The notes under the pieces: model-generated
What the model was told of the DNA's origin: nothing
What the model saw: the letters and a program-made list of their open reading frames with translations, nothing else
The model's database searches: none
Translations under genes and position numbers: made by a program
Shown here: positions 59,057 through 64,000 of the stretch, one piece after another
Numbering within the stretch: position 1 is the stretch's first letter
Layout: the number at the start of each line of letters is the position of its first letter
Assembly (NCBI GenBank): GCA_001000675.1
Contig: LCHW01000001.1
Span: 289,424-353,423, forward strand
Direction: 5' to 3'
From: Candidatus Wolfebacteria bacterium GW2011_GWE2_44_13
Lineage (GTDB): Bacteria; Patescibacteriota; Minisyncoccia; UBA6257; UBA9933
Length of the DNA: 64,000 nucleotides

Positions 59057-59126
59057 TGGCCGATTGCGCTCGCTTGGAAAGCGGGTATACCGCAAGGTAT
59101 CAAGGGTTCGAATCCCTTCCCCTCCG
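59042..59126 (+). tRNA. tRNA-Ser(GGA)
   Basis: ggagggg/cccctcc, loop ttGGAaa, long variable arm, G73. Confidence 0.95.
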
Positions 59127-59331
59127 CACATAGCAACATAAGCGCCTACTCTTTACGGGTAGGCGTTTATGTTGCTGCTATGAGTGGAGATAAAGAGGGA
59201 TTCGAAAACTACTTTTAAAAGCAAACTGCTTTGCTTTTAAAAGAGTCGGCGATGGAGGAGTTTCGAAGCTTGTTTCGAGTATTCGAGGAACGCTGAGTAA
59301 CGGGGGAAGAGGAATCCCTTCCCCTCCGCCA
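59110..59331. mobile_element. tRNA-3'-duplicating palindromic element after tRNA-Ser
   Basis: 18-bp direct repeat gaatcccttcccctccgc (59110-59127 and 59312-59329), inverted tRNA end and GCAAACTGCTTTGC hairpin between. Confidence 0.7.
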
Positions 59332-59374
59332 TTTAGAATAGGTATTCCAATGAGATATTTGGCAAATTGATTCT

Positions 59375-59626
59375 ATGATCAAAAAAGAAATTGCTGGTGG
59401 TGTGGTGCATAAGCTACCGTTGGACTTACAAAGCGCCTTGTCGTCTAACCCTGATGCGTTAGCAGTGTGGGGAGATATTACGCCGCTCGCGCGCAACGAG
59501 TGGATTTGCTGGGTCACATCCGGCAAAAAAGAGGAGACGCGAAGCGTTCGAATCGAGAAGGCTATCTCAAAACTAAAAGGAGGAATGCGTAGACCTTGTT
59601 GTTGGGCTGGTTGCCTTCATCGGTAA
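59375..59626 (+). CDS. YdeI/OmpD-associated family protein
   Basis: LPLDLQSAL, TPLARNEWICWV, ETRSVRI, RPCCWAGC. Confidence 0.85.
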   Translation: MIKKEIAGGVVHKLPLDLQSALSSNPDALAVWGDITPLARNEWICWVTSGKKEETRSVRIEKAISKLKGGMRRPCCWAGCLHR

Positions 59627-59792
59627 AATAAAAAAATTAAAGATGCTTAGCCCTTTTAATCGGTGCTAAAACCTCAAAAAAGCCTTATACTAACTGTAGT
59701 GTATAGGGGCTTACCCTTGGTGTGTTGTGACGATTTTAATAGCAAGTATTTAATTGGTAAGAAATTAAATTAATTTTTAAAAGATTCGAACT

Positions 59793-60377
59793 ATGGGTAT
59801 AGAAAGCGAAAATAATTTCAAATCTCAATTCGAAAAGGCGCCGATAAAAATTGCGGAAATCGCTCCTATTGAGGAGTCGAGAAATACATGGGTACGAGAT
59901 AGGAAGCATCTTAAAGAGCTCGTCGAAGCACCACTTTTGAGTGCATGTGAAGTATTATGGGACAAAAACATTCGAACCTTAAGTACGAGCGCAAACACGA
60001 AGGATATTAAATATGGGTCAGCGCATCTTATAATTGATTTTGATAGCTTGTCCGATGAAAATAAAAAGATCGGAGAGAATCTCGGAGAAGTATTCTGGGG
60101 AGATAACATGAATCAGTTAAAAATCGAAATTCCAGTTACAGAAAGTAGTACGACTAATGATATTAAGAGTCTCGCCGATTCTATCGCTCATAAGTTTGGA
60201 AACCAAAAAATGACATGGGCCCCTTTCTATACGCTCGAACAAGTGAGACGAATTTACGGCATAGACCCAAATGATGAAGCGTATGGAGTAGATGACTTTA
60301 CTAGTCAATTTCATTATGATTCTGAACGAAAGCTATTCTTTTTGAGCGAAGAGCATGCTAGAAAATCAAAAGATTAA
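59793..60377 (+). CDS. Hypothetical protein
   Basis: 194-aa ORF in co-oriented array. Confidence 0.65.
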   Translation: MGIESENNFKSQFEKAPIKIAEIAPIEESRNTWVRDRKHLKELVEAPLLSACEVLWDKNIRTLSTSANTKDIKYGSAHLIIDFDSLSDENKKIGENLGEVFWGDNMNQLKIEIPVTESSTTNDIKSLADSIAHKFGNQKMTWAPFYTLEQVRRIYGIDPNDEAYGVDDFTSQFHYDSERKLFFLSEEHARKSKD

Positions 60378-60381
60378 GCTT

Positions 60382-60720
60382 ATGAAAAAGGAATTTGGAT
60401 TATTGTTTTGGATACATATTCTGCTTTTAATACCGGCATATCTTTCCCCTTTATTTATAGACTGGAAGCTTATCGTTATTGGGATAGTTATTTTGCAAAT
60501 TCAGTATTGGGTTATTGATGGATGCATCCTAACTCACCTAGAAATGGGGAAGGATAAGAATGAAACTTTTATTTGGTATTATCTTAGTAAAAGGTATCCG
60601 AATATTAATCCCAAAAGAACGAAATTTGTCATTAGGGTCATTGTCCCAGTTGCTCTTGTAATGGCAGGATTTTTTCTCCAGACTAAATTTGGATTAGAGC
60701 CTTTGATAAAAATATTTTAA
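60382..60720 (+). CDS. Small membrane protein (DUF2784-like)
   Basis: H in TM1, GCILTHLE motif. Confidence 0.55.
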   Translation: MKKEFGLLFWIHILLLIPAYLSPLFIDWKLIVIGIVILQIQYWVIDGCILTHLEMGKDKNETFIWYYLSKRYPNINPKRTKFVIRVIVPVALVMAGFFLQTKFGLEPLIKIF

Positions 60721-60739
60721 CTTTAATATCCTTGAGTTT

Positions 60740-61105
60740 ATGAACGACCATACAGCAGATGAGCTACAGGAGATTCTTCGACCAATAGCGTCGCTTATTA
60801 GTAAATCTGAAAAAGCGCAGCAGAAGCTTACGCCAGGAACATGGCAACGCACGATGCTGCGAGATAACCTCAAGGCGTTGCACATTGCGTTTTCATTACT
60901 AAGTAAAGATATTAGTGATATGCATAATTTCACTCGGGGCGATTTCCCCGAAGCCCTTCAGGCACTTACTTCGATGATAAGCAAAGTTGAAAAAGCCCAG
61001 ACTAAATTTTTACCCGGTACTTCTCATTACACATTGCAAAAAAATAGGCTTAAGGCATTGCGCGTTGCGTCGTTTGTTATAGCTAAATCATTAAATTCTG
61101 CGTAA
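60740..61105 (+). CDS. Hypothetical protein made of two ~50-aa repeats
   Basis: SLISKSEKAQQKLTPGT..LKAL and SMISKVEKAQTKFLPGT..LKAL. Confidence 0.7.
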   Translation: MNDHTADELQEILRPIASLISKSEKAQQKLTPGTWQRTMLRDNLKALHIAFSLLSKDISDMHNFTRGDFPEALQALTSMISKVEKAQTKFLPGTSHYTLQKNRLKALRVASFVIAKSLNSA

Positions 61106-61122
61106 GTAAGAATATATACACC

Positions 61123-61431
61123 ATGGCAACCTACATTCTCGTAGCAAGTATTGCGGCAATTATACAAATTGGGACAATCTATTTTTTGCGGGCAAACTTT
61201 TTAGGAAGTTTTCTTTATGCAGTACCCTTTATTTTGATTTCTCAGTTCCTATTCCTATGGAGTTATGCAAGCGCGCCAAAATTTCTTACTATCTGGTTTA
61301 TTGTTACGGCATTAACAAACAGCCTCGCATTTTTACTTGGGTACTTTTTATGGCACGAACAAATATCTGCCGTAAACATCGTCGGGATGGTGCTAATTGT
61401 TGGAGGGGTTATTTTACTGCAAATAAAGTAA
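61123..61431 (+). CDS. Small 4-TM DMT/SMR-like transporter
   Basis: 4 TM, FLWHEQIS..VGMVLIVGGVILL. Confidence 0.7.
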   Translation: MATYILVASIAAIIQIGTIYFLRANFLGSFLYAVPFILISQFLFLWSYASAPKFLTIWFIVTALTNSLAFLLGYFLWHEQISAVNIVGMVLIVGGVILLQIK

Positions 61432-61439
61432 TATATAGT

Positions 61440-62162
61440 ATGTCTAAAAACAGATCCTCTTGTCCTCCAACACTAGAGAAAAAGCTTAATAGGGAGGTTC
61501 ATTATAGATGTCCAATTTGTGGTAACTTCCCCTTAGTTCGAGCTCATACGATCAAACTCTATGCCGAAGTTGGGTGGCATTACGATTACCTTTTAGCAAT
61601 ATGTATTGCATGTGAAAAAAAGGTAGAAAATGGTGAAATAGAAAGGAATACGTTACATACTATTAAGAATAGTATTAAAAAATCTTTTTCTGAGACTACT
61701 CGCAATAAGCCCTATCAAATCGCACCGATTATCGGAGGCGATGTATATGTGGGGAGCAACTACATATCTTCGGTTAATATAATTTTTGCATATCGCGGTC
61801 TGCCAATTTTATGGTTCGAAGATGAAGGAGGAGTAAAAACACTCAACGCTCGATTTTATGATGTAAGGGGTACTGTAATTACTGCAATTGATAAAAATAT
61901 GTGGACTGCGGATAGAAATCGATTTTATGACATTGAGGTTGATACTAGTAGTAGGGGAATGGATATGGAAATAATGGGCCGTAGTGATGATACGCATATT
62001 AAATTTACAATTTGTGATAAAGGTATCATTTTGGGGTGTTCCGAATTTTATATACCCGGCGAGAAAATTAAAATTTTAGAAGATGGCACATTAAATATTG
62101 GAACAAATAAGTTTTCCAACAACTCTATTTTAAATTGTGCTATTGCGTTCAATTTCGACTAG
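61440..62162 (+). CDS. HNH-like zinc-binding domain protein
   Basis: CPICG...H....LLAICIAC N-terminus; AT-rich; start at MSKNR. Confidence 0.6.
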   Translation: MSKNRSSCPPTLEKKLNREVHYRCPICGNFPLVRAHTIKLYAEVGWHYDYLLAICIACEKKVENGEIERNTLHTIKNSIKKSFSETTRNKPYQIAPIIGGDVYVGSNYISSVNIIFAYRGLPILWFEDEGGVKTLNARFYDVRGTVITAIDKNMWTADRNRFYDIEVDTSSRGMDMEIMGRSDDTHIKFTICDKGIILGCSEFYIPGEKIKILEDGTLNIGTNKFSNNSILNCAIAFNFD

Positions 62163-62308
62163 AATTTAACGATTGAATAGTTCTCTATTGTGCTATACCT
62201 AAAATATTGCTCTAAAGGAAAAAGATATTCATACTAGTATTGCGCTGATATAAAGCAAATATTAAGAAAGAGTATGTTTTAAAGCCAATAGCGGGTTCTA
62301 TTATTAAA

Positions 62309-62737
62309 ATGAAAAAATCAAAATTCTCACTTGCGCATAAGGATGAAGTATTAGTTTCTCTTGTGGGAGAAACTGATCAAAAAATATTGGCTCGTTGGGC
62401 GATTGATTGCGCAGAGCGCGTCATGCCGTATTTTGCAAAACAATATCCAAAAGATAGGCGTCCGCAACAAGCGCTTGCAACGCTTAAGGCATGGATAAAA
62501 ACGGGCGTATTTACAATGGCTGTTATCCGCAAAGCCTCTCTGGATTCCCATGCTGCTGCGCGCGAAATAGGAGAAGACAATGCGGCTCGCCATGCCTATG
62601 GCGCGGCTATTTATGCACAGCAAGCTATTTATCGAGCTGTGGGTGTTTCTGAAGCGAACTCCGCGGTTACTGCTGAGCGGAATTGGCAATATCAGCATCT
62701 TGTGGATTTGATTAGTAAAATGAGATCGAAAAAATAA
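62309..62737 (+). CDS. Imm5-like putative immunity protein
   Basis: LARWAIDCAERV..D.RP..A...W..G..HAAAR..ERNWQ. Confidence 0.7.
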   Translation: MKKSKFSLAHKDEVLVSLVGETDQKILARWAIDCAERVMPYFAKQYPKDRRPQQALATLKAWIKTGVFTMAVIRKASLDSHAAAREIGEDNAARHAYGAAIYAQQAIYRAVGVSEANSAVTAERNWQYQHLVDLISKMRSKK

Positions 62738-62751
62738 TATAATTTATATCT

Positions 62752-63561
62752 ATGCTTTTTGCAAAATATAGAAAAGAATTACTCGCTATTGCGTCCATTC
62801 TTCTTTTAGTGGGTATCGGTATCTTTATTTGGGCGCAGTTTTTTGCTGCTGTACCTTGCACGCAAGAGGCGCGAGTTTGTCCCGATGGCAGGATAGTTGG
62901 GCGAACTGAACCGAATTGTACGTTTAGTTCTTGCCACCAAGTATTACAATCTTCCGGGTTTGGTAATAAGCAATTAGAGCAGGCTATTACAAATTATTTA
63001 GTAACACAAAACCGTTTTAGCTGGAAAACGCAGCCCGGCAGTTTTTCTTTGTGTGTGGTTGAAAATCTTGAGCCTCAAAATGAACTTTTCCCGTTAGCTG
63101 TTTGGGCTTATTGTGGAGAATATACTTTGCAAGAGGGTATACTCAAAACACTTAGTGGATCATCGGGCCCCGTGGCCATTAATTATCCTAACGAGCTGTC
63201 TTTTTACGATAGTAATAAATTTTCGTACGAAGCCCCTGGAGATGGTGCGCAGTATTCCGAAGATATAAAACGGATATTCTCCCAGCCTGTTCAGGAAGCT
63301 ATTTTAAACGGTAGCCGAGACGGGCTCATTGATCGCGCTAAGGCGGAGGCATTTGATACAGTGATGCGGTGGAATCGCATTGTTGAGGCTACTATGAATT
63401 GTGAAGTGGCTGAAATTTTTCAAGCCCATAGTTTGTTTGTGAGTGCAACGCTGAAAAACGGAGACAAACTGACCGCTGTTGAGCCGACCATAGACGATAT
63501 TATGGATGTAGCGAATGCGGCAAGTGCGCAATGTGGACGCATTATTATGGCAACGGAATAA
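62752..63561 (+). CDS. Secreted/anchored protein with CPR-type Cys motif
   Basis: N-terminal TM, CTQEARVCPDGRIVGRTEPNCTFSSC. Confidence 0.7.
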   Translation: MLFAKYRKELLAIASILLLVGIGIFIWAQFFAAVPCTQEARVCPDGRIVGRTEPNCTFSSCHQVLQSSGFGNKQLEQAITNYLVTQNRFSWKTQPGSFSLCVVENLEPQNELFPLAVWAYCGEYTLQEGILKTLSGSSGPVAINYPNELSFYDSNKFSYEAPGDGAQYSEDIKRIFSQPVQEAILNGSRDGLIDRAKAEAFDTVMRWNRIVEATMNCEVAEIFQAHSLFVSATLKNGDKLTAVEPTIDDIMDVANAASAQCGRIIMATE

Positions 63562-63709
63562 GGCCTTCGTGCATTTGGATGTGACATACTGCACGAATTA
63601 GGCAGGCGCAATACCAATAGTACACAACATTTTTCTATTTGACTTGAATGGTTTTTTGTGGTATTTCTGGACTAGCTACCTTTATTAATTCTTAGAGAAG
63701 GAGGCGCCT

Positions 63710-64000
63710 ATGCGCAATCCCATTTGGCATGAAATCTGTTCTCAGGACAGGGAGTTGTATGGTGATATTTGTGCCATGTTTGATCTTATCCCAAACGACA
63801 TCAGTCTTGGATCGGATTGTAACAACAAGCGTGTGGAGCTTTCGTGCCATATCGTGGTGCGTGCGTTCGCGAACACGCTTCCGTCAACTCGGTGTGTGGA
63901 TGGCCTCTTTTCCGCAGGGTTTCAGCATTCGTGGTTAATGACTGAAAACTCTGCGCTGATCGATGTTTTTCCAGTGCAGGTCGTCTCGAGCCCGCTGTTG
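63710..64000 (+). CDS. Partial hypothetical protein, possible transglutaminase-like fold (runs off window)
   Basis: ggagg SD; open frame MRNPIWHE...LSCH...HSWL...LIDV not in the ORF track. Confidence 0.55.
   Translation, partial: MRNPIWHEICSQDRELYGDICAMFDLIPNDISLGSDCNNKRVELSCHIVVRAFANTLPSTRCVDGLFSAGFQHSWLMTENSALIDVFPVQVVSSPLL

Noticed and set aside
61257-61439. Longer start for the HNH-like ORF
   Set aside because: It overlaps the SMR-like gene in another frame; ATG 61440 is preferred.
1-64000. CRISPR array, cas genes, rRNA, integrase or transposase
   Set aside because: No regularly spaced repeat-spacer run or recognisable motifs seen by eye.

Overview
64 kb of a bacterial chromosome whose gene content and style point to Patescibacteria/CPR (Parcubacteria-like); this is an inference from family content. 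Core genes: secDF, efp, mnmA, tyrS, rplU, recR, dnaB, ppsA, tsaD, rodA, mltG, rpoBC, rpsF-ssb-rpsR, htpX. Accessory blocks: a PHP+ABC-ATPase (Ppl/TrlF-like, possible defence) island after tRNA-Ala, an ECF sigma cluster, PAS signalling genes, an iron/redox cluster, and a small-gene array after tRNA-Ser. There are six tRNA genes and one tRNA 3' fragment. The most interesting biology sits on the tRNA genes. (1) tRNA-Phe(GAA) is split by a 234-nt group I intron at U33/G34 that seems to lack P9. It lies 27 bp downstream of a free-standing HTH + LAGLIDADG-like ORF whose start is occluded by a 16-bp hairpin with a promoter in its loop. (2) A small GIY-YIG nuclease gene lies between a duplicated tRNA-Ser 5' end and the intact tRNA-Ser. 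(3) tRNA-Phe and tRNA-Ser are each followed by a ~200-bp palindromic element that contains an inverted copy of the tRNA 3' end, a shared GCAAACTGCTTTGC hairpin, and then a direct copy of the tRNA 3' end. Several other palindromic repeat families occur, including in-frame nested inserts in a CDS and a covarying structured element after two ribosomal-protein genes. No CRISPR array, rRNA or integrase was seen. All calls were made by eye without database searches.
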